From assembly GCF_024521635.1 (NCBI RefSeq), contig NW_026250403.1, forward strand, positions 2,170,001 to 2,234,000: 64,000 nt of DNA, written 5' to 3'. This stretch comes from Tricharina praecox. Lineage: Eukaryota. Positions 10,065 to 22,073 of this stretch are shown piece after piece. The number at the start of each line of letters is the position of its first letter. Position 1 is the first letter of the stretch. Under the pieces are notes generated by a model that saw only the letters and a program-made list of their open reading frames with translations, ran no database searches and was not told the DNA's origin. Made by a program: the position numbers and the translations under genes.

Positions 10065-11774
10065 ATGCAGATGCAGATTTGCCACTCTCTCGTCCTCGCC
10101 GTCGTCGCCCTTGGCGGTCTGGCTCAGGCTGCGCCTGCTGGCGGCATCTACGCTGGTGCCGATTGCGCCCCCGCAGTCTTGCCCGTCGCTTGCGATGCTG
10201 GCGACAACATCACCGCTTCCACCGTCGTTGACACCACTGGTTGCGCCTGCCCCGTCGGTGCCTGCGGCTGTCCTGCCCGCACCGACGTCGTCGAGCCCAC
10301 CGTCACCCAGGTCGCTCCCGCCATCGTCAACCAGTCTGAGGATGTCCAGCCCGTCGACATCATCCAGCCTTACCAGGACGTCGTCCAGCCCGTCGTCGAC
10401 ACCCACATCCGCCCCGTTCACTCCGAGGTCGTCAACTCTCCCATCGTCCAGACCACCACCGAGCCTTGCTGCTCTGCTCCTGGGGCTTGCGGCTGCGGTA
10501 CCGTCGCCGGTTACGGCACTTACGCCAAGCGTCAGTGCGGATGTGCCGCTCCCATCTGCGGATGTGCCGCCCCCGTTGTTCAGGCCACCGCCTGCGACTG
10601 CCCTACCAGCCCCTGCGGCTGTCCTACCCGCGTCGATGTCGTCGAGCCCACCGTCACCCAGGTCGCTCCCGCCATCGTCAACCAGTCTGAGGATGTCCAG
10701 CCCGTCGACATCATCCAGCCTTACCAGGACGTCGTCCAGCCCGTCGTCGACACCCACATCCGCCCCGTTCACTCCGAGGTCGTCAACTCTCCCATCGTCC
10801 AGACCACCACCGAGCCTTGCTGCTCTGCTCCTGGAGCTTGCGGCTGCGGTACCGTCGCTGGTCCCGTCGCCGGCTACGCCGCCGGATACGGCACTTACGC
10901 CAAGCGGCAATGCGGATGCGGCGCTTCTAACTGCGCATGCCCCGCCCCAGTCAAGGTCGTTGAGGTCGCCGCCCCTGTCGACCGTTGTGGCTGCAACGAC
11001 GCCATCTGCTCTTGCGAGCAGGTTGACCCGTGCCCCTGCCGGGAGACCGTCTGCACCTGCGAGGAGGTCGTTTCCTGCGATGACCGCATTGGCGGTGCCG
11101 ACCGTTTCTCGTACGGATCCTACGGTGGCGTTGGTGCCGACCGTCTCTCGTACGGATCCTATGGTGGCATTGGTGCCGACCGTCTCTCGTACGGCTCCTA
11201 CCCGACCGTTGTCGGCCCGACCACCGTCTCTACCTGCCCGTGCGACGATGTCTGCACCTGCCAGGAGATCGTCTCTTGCGGCTGCGTAGACGACTGCAGC
11301 TGCGACTCGGTGATCGCGCCGGTCACCACCGTCGTCGCCGCGCCCGCCTGCGGCTGCGACGCCTACAAGGCCAAGCGCCAGTGCGACTGCGGCTGCCCCA
11401 CCCGCGCCAACACCGTGCAGCCCACCGTCGTCGAGGTCGCCCAGCCCATCGTCCACAACTCGCAGGACGTCCAGCCCGTGCAGGTCATCCAGCCCTACCA
11501 GGAGGTCGTCCAGCCCATTGTCGACGAGCACATCCAGCCCGTCCACTCCGAGGTCGTCAACTCGCCCATCGTCCAGACTACCTGCGAGCCCTGCGCTAAC
11601 GCTGGCAACGGCAACGGTTACAACGGCGTCAACGCTGTCAACGGCAACGGCTTCATCGCCGCTGACAACGGCTTCGTCGCCGCTGACAACAACGGCTACA
11701 ACGGCGACAACAACGGCGAGGTCATCGTCGACACCGACATCCAGGCCGCCGGCGACTGCGTCTGCCGCAAGTAG
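10065..11774 (+). CDS. Secreted Cys-rich repeat protein (569 aa) with three Kex2-type KR|Q sites; function unknown
   Basis: Intronless ORF with a strong C-ending codon bias. Hydrophobic N-terminus (SLVLAVVALGGLAQA) resembles a signal peptide. Three copies of a Val/Pro/Gln-rich module, many CGC/CxC motifs, YAKR|QCGC twice and KAKR|QCDC once. Pyrimidine-rich leader and T-rich trailer. Confidence 0.9.
   Translation: MQMQICHSLVLAVVALGGLAQAAPAGGIYAGADCAPAVLPVACDAGDNITASTVVDTTGCACPVGACGCPARTDVVEPTVTQVAPAIVNQSEDVQPVDIIQPYQDVVQPVVDTHIRPVHSEVVNSPIVQTTTEPCCSAPGACGCGTVAGYGTYAKRQCGCAAPICGCAAPVVQATACDCPTSPCGCPTRVDVVEPTVTQVAPAIVNQSEDVQPVDIIQPYQDVVQPVVDTHIRPVHSEVVNSPIVQTTTEPCCSAPGACGCGTVAGPVAGYAAGYGTYAKRQCGCGASNCACPAPVKVVEVAAPVDRCGCNDAICSCEQVDPCPCRETVCTCEEVVSCDDRIGGADRFSYGSYGGVGADRLSYGSYGGIGADRLSYGSYPTVVGPTTVSTCPCDDVCTCQEIVSCGCVDDCSCDSVIAPVTTVVAAPACGCDAYKAKRQCDCGCPTRANTVQPTVVEVAQPIVHNSQDVQPVQVIQPYQEVVQPIVDEHIQPVHSEVVNSPIVQTTCEPCANAGNGNGYNGVNAVNGNGFIAADNGFVAADNNGYNGDNNGEVIVDTDIQAAGDCVCRK
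10288..10860 (+). repeat. Intragenic near-identical duplication (351-bp offset)
   Basis: About 10288-10508 is nearly identical to about 10639-10859. A diverged third copy lies at about 11410-11585. Confidence 0.9.
11094..11201 (+). repeat. 3 x 39-bp coding tandem repeat (GADRxSYGSYGGx)
   Basis: GGTGCCGACCGT starts at 11094, 11133 and 11172. Confidence 0.9.
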
Positions 11775-12819
11775 AGCGGATCTGTGGGATATTACTTAGG
11801 GGGGATGATTAGAAGATAGATATGGAGTGGCTTGTGATTTTCTTGTATTTGATTATTTTTTTCCACAGAGACTTGCATACGATGTATGTTATCGTGTCTC
11901 TAGATACTCGTCTATAGAATTTGGTTCGGTTTTTGGCTTTTTAGGAAGTAACTAGAGAGAAGGGGCTGAATTCAGACAAGAACAGGATTTGTTCTATTTT
12001 CAACATGGCCTTTCTTCGTAATTTCAACATTGATCTCAGCCTTTCGGTTCTCGATTTCCCCACTACCGATAATGGCTAATGGGCGTTCACTGATAATTCA
12101 CAGTCTTCGAGACTTTGTTTTCTCTATTAGAATCTTGGGAAGATTGATCAGCCACTTGAAGGTAGTAGCATCTCCGGGAGAAGTTACAAACAGTATTCCC
12201 AAATTGTAGCAGTTCTACTTCGGTCTAACTAGTGAGAATACTTGTACCAAAATCTAGGATCGAGCACGCGCTGAGGTTTCCGACTGGGAACTCAGGGAGA
12301 GGGTGGAGAGACCGGCAGGAACGCAGGAAGCGAGGGGAAGAGGAGGAGGAGGGCGCTTAGGATGGCTGTTCCTCCTACACCCTCCGTCATGCTAGCATCT
12401 CCTGGAGAAGAGGCAAGGGTCAAGGCGGAGTGCGGAGCGGAGGGTATGAGAAGCCACATCGGACAGCTTGGTGAAGTCGGGCGGGTGGGTGTAGTGGAAA
12501 CGGAGTGTGTATTGCCATGATCTAGATAAGTCGCATGTAATCAGTGAATAGACCAAAAAAATGTGACGTTCAAGTTCCGATCTTGATTCGGTATCTCTCA
12601 AAAGTGCCATATCCAGCAGTTTCTACGCGTTTCTTTGCAGATCTGATTGTTAAAATAGAAGGGTCGATGTTGATTGCAACTAGGTATTAGGGCTAATGCC
12701 TTCGAACTAGTGGTTCACAGAATCTCACACGAGGTGGGTCGTGCGTCGATTCAACTATAAATTGCTTTCACTTCAACCCCCACTTCCACCACAACCATCC
12801 TTCACACTTCACATCTAAG

Positions 12820-13190
12820 CCCACGAGCTCAGCTCCATAATCCGCAACACCATTAATCGTCTACAATGTAAGTCCTCGCTCTCGATCCCGCATATTCTCT
12901 CGTCCTCCCTCTCTCCGAGTCTCAAACCTATTTCTAACATCCCGCAGAGACCTCCATCACCATTGCACATCACAATGTCCTTACACCCGCTTGCCCCGGG
13001 CCCCGGCCCGGAGCCAACCTCTGAGTTCAACCCACGGGCTAACCACCAAAATCCGCAACACCATCAAACTTCCACAATGTAATCCCTCCCTCTCTCCGAA
13101 TCTCTCTGAATATTTTCGAGTCGTAAACCTGTTTCTAACACCCCTAGAGACCTCCAGTACTCTTACACATCACGATGTCGCTACACCCGC
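12820..13190 (+). repeat. Diverged tandem duplication (about 210-bp unit) containing an intron-like segment, upstream of the MULE relic
   Basis: AATCCGCAACACCAT..ACAATGTAA..CTCTCCGA..TTTCTAACA..AGAGACCTCCA..CACATCAC..TACACCCGCT occurs at about 12838-12991 and again at about 13050-13191. Confidence 0.7.
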
Positions 13191-13448
13191 TATCCTTGCG
13201 GCATATCACATCCTCGGACGGGCAATAAGCCAGCCAGCCGGCCAGCAGGCCAATACCGCTGGCCTGCTCCCGGCAGAAACTTTTCGATGACCTGATCAAC
13301 TATCCTCCGGGCCCCGGCCCGGAACCAATTACCTTTTGGCCCTCAGCAGTACACAGATGGTCGAGAGCCCTACCATGTCCTTGAGAACAGAGAGAGGGCG
13401 GAAGATGCACGATTCCAGGTTCCGAATGCGTTCGGGAAGCGGAGGAGA

Positions 13449-13970
13449 GTGCGGTTAAGCCGCGGTGCTGGTGGCCGCAGAGTGCCTGAAGAGCTGGCAG
13501 AGGTGGTCGATAGACTGTGGATTGAAATGCACCGCTACGACCACCTCTACCACGAGTTCGAATTTCGAGTCCGAGCACAATGGAAGAAAGCGGCCGAATG
13601 CGTGGAAGTCACCATACGGTCTGCTTGGGGAATGGACAACCGAAACGGAAGCCAGTCAACGCCATGCATATCGATAAGTCCACGACACCGAAGGACGTCA
13701 TGAATGCGGTCCAGCACCACTTCGGAGAATCGACTGGATACCTGGCCGCATACAGAGCGCTGAGCTCCCTGAACAACGGCGATATCGAGACAGAGAGGAA
13801 GCAGTTTACACAACTACCAATGTATATGGAAGCGATGAAGAAGCTTGATCCTGATCGGCTTTACTCGCTCTCCATAAACGTTGAGACTAAGGAATTCTAA
13901 CGGCTATTCATTTGCCCATCTAGCAGCGTTTCACGTTACAAACATGCCATCAAGATGGTAGCGTTGGATC
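13449..13970 (+). pseudogene. Degenerate Mutator/MULE transposase fragment
   Basis: The fragments FEFRVRAQWKK..VEVT and HHTVC..TPKDVMNAVQHHFGESTGYLAAYRAL..FTQLPMYMEAMKKLDP..EF*RLFICP..MVALD resemble the region of MULE transposases leading into the catalytic domain. Frameshifted, with an in-frame stop at 13898-13900. A short local duplication lies at about 13847-13893 vs 13971-14020. Confidence 0.7.
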
Positions 13971-16900
13971 GATCCTGATCGGCTTGACTACTCGCTCTCC
14001 CTCAACGCAGGGACTAAGGAGCTTGAAGGCAGCCGCATAGGTGGAAATAAAATATGTTTTGTTGTGGTGGAGAATTACCCTCCGTCAAACTAACGGTGAG
14101 ATTTTGTGTGGGGTCCATCGACTCCACCGTGGATAGAGGGGTCCATAGGGGATAAAAGCCGTGCAAAAATTGAGCAGATTCTGGCTGCCCTTTGTGAGGA
14201 GGAGGATCTGGTGTAGTGGTAGCGATAGTCTATACCAAATCTGAGTTGCTTCAAATTACCGTTCCGCACGGCGTACTGAACTTTTGTGCCAAATCAACAT
14301 TTCGTAGCCAGTCGTATCCCGACGTTTGCAGACATCGGGCCCGCCCTTGGTTGCTCGGTCTGGATATAGTTATCCCGACCAATCCCGACCGTACCCAGAA
14401 TTGTTCTAGACTAGTCTATGCAGAACACTAGGCCGATCAGTTCCCCCATATTTGATCTCCTGAGAACCGGAAGATCTCTTCGGTATGTGTAGTCCCGCAA
14501 CTCTATCTCGCAGGAAGGAAGTATATATAGCTCATCCCTCCAGAGTCCAGCTCCACCGGCCGAGCCTGCAAGCTTAACTTAGATACATGAGAGGCAGGTA
14601 GGTTGATCCGCAGCGATGCAATCGCTGGTACATGCATCATAGGTACATAACCTTCTGCATGCCCGCCCCACAGTGTTTACGATAAACAATAAAAAAGAGC
14701 GAGATCTTGTTACCAAGGACGAAACATCTCTTGCAGAATATACATATTACAGGCTCCGACCGACCGGCATCCCGAAATAAAGGCACCAGCCTGAGGCCTC
14801 CAGGAACCTGGCTTGTGCATTGTGTTGTGGCATGGATCCGGCCCGGAAACAATCCCGAACGTTGGAACTTGGAGCTTGGGCGAGAGTCTACAGCTACGGT
14901 ACATATCTGCAGTGCAGTGCACTCAACTACCTGGTTGCCACAAAACGAACTCACGCAAATAGATAAACCGGTATCAATATCGGTACAGAAGTCAATGGAA
15001 AAGTCTACGCAAATGCCGGAAAAGGTGTTTTCCGACGATTCCCTGGCTCGGAGGTTCCACTTCGACTTCAACTTCGGAAACAAAGACTAAAGATCACACC
15101 GACGCATCCGAGACAGGACTACGCATTCGGCGATCTGACATCCCCTGCACGGTCTCGGGACCCTGGCTCGCCCGATGATATCTACCACAGAAACTCAACT
15201 TTGACTCCTCCACTTGGAAGCCCGAACGAAGGCTGAGGGGATGGTTCTACGAAATGAGGGAGACAATCCGGGCGTGCAGAAGGATTATTACATCACAGAT
15301 TTGCAACTCTTAACTAATGCCTCCAGATGGAAATTATCTTTTTTTTTGTTATCCATTCCACTCGGCCTTGGTGGATCATGGCAGCCACACAACGGTTCCT
15401 CCCCACTGTCCGTTCACGCAATAGGCGGGAGCACGATGTGGTTTCCTTTCGCCCTCCGCCTTGGCCTGCCCCGATAATCTCAGAGCACGCTTAGGTAAGT
15501 TGCCTACATGAAGCAGACGCAGAAGCAAAACAACGAGTTGCATGAGGCAGAAGCAGACGAAACCGGTAAGTTACATAAAGCGCATAGTAATCAAACGAAT
15601 CGGCCCGTATCAAACAAGCCGAAGACCGCCGGGGGGGCCGGATGAGGACCCCGCAGGATCCCTCGCCCGAACCCCCGCCCCCGCACAGCTGCAGTTGGTT
15701 GCTGATTTTTTTCACACATGCGGGTGACGAGTGGTGATTTCACACTGACAATCCCTACACAAAAGTGCTGCCGACTGAAAACTTGCCCTCGGTATGTAGC
15801 CAAGAGATCGTGCAGAAGACCTCCGTGGCGGCCCAGGCTCCCGCCCTGTAATCTATGTATTAGATCTACTTTACGCGGTCGTCGAAGATCACGCAGCTTC
15901 TGATACTACCGTACCACCTTTCTGACATCGCCCGTGACCGCCTTCAGGACGCACCGCAGAGTCTAGAAGGTCCACCTTACCTCGGCATATTATCACCGAA
16001 CGATTTAATCAGGACGCAGTATACGCAAAGTTTTGTCACATTTGCGAGGAGAAGGGCGAACAAACAACAGCTAAGCCTCGCTGTGCGCGTCACGGAAAAC
16101 GGTGCCTCAGATTCCGGAGGTCGGTCGAACGTTCTTTTTCTCGCGGGGGGCGGATGGTTGTCTCCGTAGCCATAGTTATTCCATTTGTGTACCCATACCC
16201 ATCCCATACTTGCTCCGCGTGAGCATGCCACGGGGACAGCAATGTGCCGGAACACCTGTCCCCCGGCACTCACTCCCTTCCTCAGTTCATGAAGAACATC
16301 CGTCATTCATACGCGGCAGGACATAGCTGAACGGAACGGAGAAATTCGAAAGGCGAGACGACGGGGTTATAAGCGGGCCCAATCTCGTCCGGACCACTAC
16401 AGCGACGACCGGCTAGAGTAACTGCTACAGCGTCATTACTCTTCCGCGTCGTCATCCTGCTCTCTGGACCACTCGATGGGAAGGGTCGCCCTATGCCTGA
16501 AACACGGGTGTTTTACATCCATGGTGGCCCACCCCTGCAGATGTCTGACATTCAGCACGTCAATCCCGTCTTGGCTCACATAACCATCGCTCTTCTCGCT
16601 ACAAACAACACCCAAGCAACCCAACATCAATATATGTGACATAGCTATGTACCCCGCTCGCACTGTGGCCTTTGCTCCATTTCCGGCTCATATCAGTTAA
16701 TTGGTCTTCTCTCTCTGAGTTTTGCCGATGTCGCCGCCGCCCGGACCCGAGTACTGTTGGCTGCGGTTGCGATTTATTCGATCTGCTCGGATGATTGGGT
16801 ATCAGGGAATCAGCCGTTTCATCCTGGCAAGGCTTCCTCACATGGAGACCACCAGTCGAAATTGTGGGCACAGAATCCAAAACCTGTAGATAGCCGACCA

Positions 16901-17304
16901 CCACCCCCCTTTCTCCCTTCATTCCTTCTCCCTTCACTTCCCTCTCAGCTCCATCACAGCCTTCTCGCCCCGGAGGCCCCCACATGATACTTTCACTACG
17001 TTGACCGTCCCCTCAGCTGGCCCTTGGCGGCACTTCTTGCTACTAGGAGACCTTATAGACGATTACTTTCCAATATCACCATCACACAGACTGGATCTGC
17101 ACTTGTCCTGCCTACGCAGCCTTGTACACGGAATACGGCGTTCGCTTCCGAGCTGAAGCACCAGCTCCTCAGTGGCCCTTGCCCCTTCAACCGATATATC
17201 CACCCACGGGCCCCCACCGATCCAAGTCGAACTTCTCTACCTGTTCCATCCCTCTCACCTCGAACGAAACTTTGCGAGGAACTCACAGCCAGCTGTACCT
17301 CACG

Positions 17305-19307
17305 ATGTCTTCGACATACAGCCAGTCGGGTCGGAATACGCCCGTCGAACAGCGGATATACACATTGTCAAGTGTCAACTCGGAGGAGACGATAAACACG
17401 ACTGCCGTCATTCCCACCCTCAACCCAGCCATCCCCAGGATCCGGATCCTTTTGGCCCCTTATATGGTAGGAAACCCTTTCTTCGAGTCTTTCCATCGTT
17501 ACTGACTCTTTCCAGTCCCCATATGTGGTTCCAGCACACAAGGTCAAAACTTGGGAGGTAAGCATCGATCTGATTCCCCTTTGGCATGAAACCCAACTGA
17601 CCCTGCCACCTCAGAACCTCCACCGAACCCTAGCAGGGCTTTTTGGCACGGACGTATTCAACGGCAGGCCGGTGAGGATAACTGATATCCGGGGCAACAC
17701 TATTCTCCCAGGCGTTTGGAAAGATCTCGTGGAGCCAAACATGACGATCATCGTCGACACATGCGCCTATATACCAGAGAGCTCCGAGGTTATGTTTGGG
17801 TCCCCGGAGGCGGAGAATACACCCGTGTCTTGGGACAGTCCTCACATGGAGAGGCCTGTCTCTCAACGTCACGAGTATGACGATCATCACGATGACTCCG
17901 GTAACATTGAAAGTGCTACTGCTTTTATTCTCGAAGAACATGACGATGAGAATGCTTCGTATGATGAGGCACATATTGTGTCGCCGCTTGGCCAGGTCGG
18001 GGATCTTGCATCGACGGCACCGGTGCCGAAGTCGTGGAAAACCCGACCGCCGCCGCCGCCACAACACCGACACGAGCAACATGGAAGGTCCACGAGCATT
18101 TTTGATAAGCGCGCCACCTCCATCAGCATGTTCGTGGGAAGACGGGCGGTTGGCGACAAGATTGATCACAACATTACAGTCAAACCCCTGGTTATAGAGA
18201 AGAAATCGAGCAAAGCAGAGCTACGTTCGACCAGGGCTGAAGAAGCAAGGCGGCAAGAGAATATCAACGTGGCTGCGAATCGGCGGGAGAACGAGCTCCG
18301 GGGACAGTGTGTTGATCGTCGCGCGGAGGTATCCCATGGGGAAATGGGTCGGTATCGCGAGGAGGACGATAGAGTGGAGTATAGGTACGGAAAGACGGAG
18401 AAGAAGGTAAAAAAGTCGGGATGGTCGAGGGTGGCCAGGGCTCTGATGTTTATTCTTACTGCTGGTCACGCACATCATCACCATCAAGACGTGAATGCAA
18501 AACGGAACCACGAAGAGTTCAGAACGAATGAGTACGGGCAACATGGACGCTGGCACACGGTATCGCCACGGGCATCACAAGCGCCTCCTATGCGACGTGC
18601 TGCATCTGCACGACCCTTGCAGAATCGCAAAGGTATCACGCCGCCAGCACCCCTCACCTCGGGGCGTGTAGACGCCAAATACCACCGTCGCTCAAGGTCT
18701 TTGGGGGCTTTTCCGGCTATGAATAGTCCTGTGCGACCGCCCGATCGGACTCACTCTACGAGGCGGCAACCCAACAAGCTCCAGCGGTCGACATCGGAAA
18801 GGAAGGTCCCGGGCTACCAGAAGCCGTTGTCTCGAAGCGCATCCTTGAATCAACACCACCAGTGCGTCATTTCACCGCCAATTCCTCGAAGACCCAGCGG
18901 CGACTTGGGATTAAACGCACAATACGTCTTGGCAGATGATCTCGATATCGATGAGTTGAGAGAAATGGTCCAGGACCAGCTGGACGGCAGTACTTTGGGG
19001 GGAAGGAGTCGAAGAGGGACTGGGAGCACCGGGAGAACCGCCGTTGATTCGACTATCGAGGTGAGCATATGCGATTCCATTCCCATTCTTTCGGCGGTTC
19101 TAACGATTTCACAAGCCTCCGCAAAGAGTTATCCCGAAGCTTAGTGCTTTCCCGCCCAGAAGTCCTCCCCGCTCGCCGGTGAAGAGACCAGAAATGCATC
19201 CTCTACCGGAAGCGGACCGCCGGCCGCCAACAGCCACACCCCTGATCGCAAGAAAACCGGGAATGTCACATACAATTCGACGAATCGCATCCGTCGATGC
19301 ACACTAA
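17305..19307 (+). CDS. Hypothetical protein with a probable N-terminal ubiquitin-like domain and a long disordered Arg/Ser/Pro-rich tail (exons 17305-17466, 17516-19060, 19116-19307)
   Basis: 539-aa ORF extended in frame by introns GTAGGA 17467..CAG 17515 (CTGAC branch) and GTGAGC 19061..AAG 19115 (CTAAC branch). ITDIRGNTILPGVWKDLVEPNMTIIV resembles the G..ILP..W...V.P signature of fungal ubiquitin-like domains. Confidence 0.7.
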
Positions 19308-20448
19308 GTGATGAGCCCTTGAGTTGAGGACCAATCCACATCCTCGAGCCGCAAAAATCGCGATTCCTTCGTTTCTCTCCCTCCTTATTTTCGTTTCTGG
19401 CCGATGTTTCGTGTCCTTCGATTACGGCAAAGGCGCCGACCCCCTCTCTCGCTTGTTCGTCCTATCTAGACGTTCAAGTTTATTTACTTCCTATGTACCT
19501 CAAGGCGCCATCCTACGCCACACACACCTGCTGTTGCTTTTTCCAGCTACATACCAGACAGACATTTCCCTTTATTGTATCTTTCCTTGGGCTGGTTTCT
19601 TTGGGGGACTTCCAAAAAATTTCCTATGTGGGCTACTATCTACCTATTTGTACATGCAACGGCGTATTGATTTTGGGGCATGAGCGTCGGGCGTATCTGG
19701 TTTTTGGCGTATTTTGGAGGAGAAAAGTACGCATGTATATACAGACGGGCGGGCAGCCATAGCTATTGTATGGTAACTTATTTATCTGGTTATCATGAGG
19801 TTCTATGGCATACAAAGCTGCGTTCTTTTGGCTCTGGGCAGTCACTAAATGTTGGACGTCGCTTCACAGATGTTGCTTTTGACTGTCCGCTCCCATGTCA
19901 GCATAGTTGTTTTCTCACCTACGGTGGCGCTGGACGTCAGGTATTCTTGGGCTTCTTCTCCTATCTGCATATGTGTCTTCGGATGGAAGGGTCTGGGGGT
20001 TTGGGAGTTTCAATTACTTTATCAATCACATCCTGCGACTCTTTGCTCGAGTGATATTATGTACACAGCTGCCACAAATCCACGAACAAAACCCGTCCAT
20101 TCCAAGCCCGCGGGATGTGGCTCGGGAGACCAGGAGAGAGAGCCGGCATGCCTGAGAGCTGCTCAGACTAGCTGTAGGAAGATTCCTACTCGTTAGACTG
20201 CGTGCCTTGCCTTAGAGTGCTACGTACGGAGATAGCACCAAGCTTCAGCGGTATCATTCTAGGGTGGTCAAGTTCTGAAAGGTCCGCGCAGGCAAAGGTG
20301 TAGGCTCCCAAAGGCGTGCTAGTATGACTGACTTCTGTCCTTCTTCTTTTACGAGTACATGTCCAACAGGCACTACTGCCTCCTACAATGCTCATAGATC
20401 AGTAGTGCTGTAATATATATTTGGTTTTATTTAATTAACATCACAGAC

Positions 20449-20544
20449 GGTCGCATGGTGTAGTGGTTATCACATCTCGTTTACAGTGATGTAAAGGTTT
20501 CAACAGCTCCGAGAAGGCCGCAAGTTCAATCCTTGCTGCGATCA
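20449..20544 (+). tRNA. tRNA-Val(TAC) with intron (about 20486-20508)
   Basis: Acceptor stem GGTCGCA/TGCGATC, A-box TGGTGTAGTGG, anticodon stem TCTCG/CGAGA with TAC at 20482-20484, T-loop GTTCAATC, followed by a T-run terminator. Confidence 0.93.
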
Positions 20545-20687
20545 ATTTTTCTCATTTTTTAATGATGGACACTGGTGACTGGACAGCAAACATCGCGTTG
20601 CTTTTGGATCCATTTTTTGAATGGCTTATGCAACATGGTCTGTGAGATAAGATTAGATCATCAGCTCCCTGCCGTAACCGATAAGCT

Positions 20688-20704
20688 ATGCTTATCCACC
20701 CACC

Positions 20705-20741
<37 letters not shown>

Positions 20742-22073
20742 AGCTACCGATCACACGTATACCTACCAAACATTGTGCACGCTGACCCCACGCCCACGAG
20801 CTCAACCATGGCGTCCCCACCCTCATCACCCGACCTGCATCCCCCAGACTACCTCCAAAGCGCGAGCTCACCACCGTCCGAGTCCGAACGCACACCACGG
20901 ACGACGATGCGCTCGCCGGACCCATCGACCTCATCGCCGCCAAGCATGTTCCTCCCGCCGCCCATCGTCCCAGCTACCACCTCCACATTCTCTGTCAAGT
21001 CCGCCCTCGAGCTGCAACGTAGTCCGCTGCAGCAGCTGCAGAACCAGGGCCGCCGCCTCACCGCTGAGCTCCAGGACCTGCTCGATGCGCAGTCGCTCGC
21101 GCTGATGTCGCCCAGCACCCCCAGCGCCGCTACCACCAGCAGCAGCGGTGGGTGGGAGCGGAGGAAGAAGGGGCGGAAGAAGCTTCCCGTCGACCTATCC
21201 GCAGCGCGAACCGGGATCCTGACAGCGATGCGCGAGCTCTCTGACGTCAAGGAGCGCGAGGCATTGCTGTACTCGTCGATGGTGGTGGAGCGGCAGCAGC
21301 TGCTTACAACGGTGACCACGCACGCTTCGAAGACGGCGCAGATACGGCAGCAGCTGGGGAAGATGGATGCTGAGGCCGAGGCCAGGGAGGTGGAGAAGCT
21401 GCGGAATGTCAAGATGGGCTTGGCGGAGGAGATCGATGCCAAGAGGTGGGAGCTGCTGCAGCTCGAGAGGGAAATGAAAAGTGTGAAGGCGAGGCTGGCG
21501 GGGTTGGAGAATGTCGTCGAGGCTAGACAGAGTAGTTATAAGGGCGCGTTGGAATCGTCGGGACGGCGCATGTCGCAGTTCTTGAAGACGCAGGGGCAGG
21601 AGAGTCCTCAGGCGGCGGCGGAGACTTGGAAGCTGGAGGCCCAGGCGTTTGCGGGGAAGAAAGAGGCGGCGGAGAAAGAGCATGAGGCGCTGTGTGAGGG
21701 GATGGAGCTGTGGGAGAGTGCTATGGACGTGGTATCGGCGTTTGAGGAGCGCCTGGCGACACGGCTACAGGAAGAGACTGGCAATAGGCAGGAGTTGGGG
21801 AGGTGGATCTCGCAAGAGCTGGACAAAGCTGTGACGGAGCTCGATGAGAGGGTGCAGAGGGCAGAGACCGAGGGGTGGAAGTTGTTGATTGTCGCGATCG
21901 GCGCGGAAGTTCAGGCTATGCGGGAAGCGGGCGAAGTATTAAAGAGGAGCTTCGGCGGTGGCGGGCAAGTCGGTCAGCTTGTGGAGCACGACGAGGAGGA
22001 GGGCCGGCCAGAGATGGTGGGGCTTGTCGAGAGGAAGGGAAAGAGGAATAGTTATTCCCCTTTGGATGATTAG
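20688..22073 (+). CDS. ATG28: Atg28-like coiled-coil protein (autophagy-related protein 28 family)
   Basis: 461-aa intronless ORF. LQDLLDAQS, ARTGILTAMREL, SSYKGAL, EHEAL.EG.ELW and GWKLLIVAIGAE recall filamentous-fungal Atg28 annotations. The start could instead be 20808, after the (GAC)n poly-Asp tract. Confidence 0.72.

Noticed and set aside
10056-11546. 496-aa minus-strand ORF and the 392-aa alternative-frame ORF 10111-11289
   Set aside because: Shadows of the codon-biased, repetitive 569-aa plus-strand gene.
10065-11774. Dikaritin/ustiloxin-type RiPP cluster
   Set aside because: No DUF3328, tyrosinase or transporter neighbours are visible, and the KR-delimited units exceed 100 aa.
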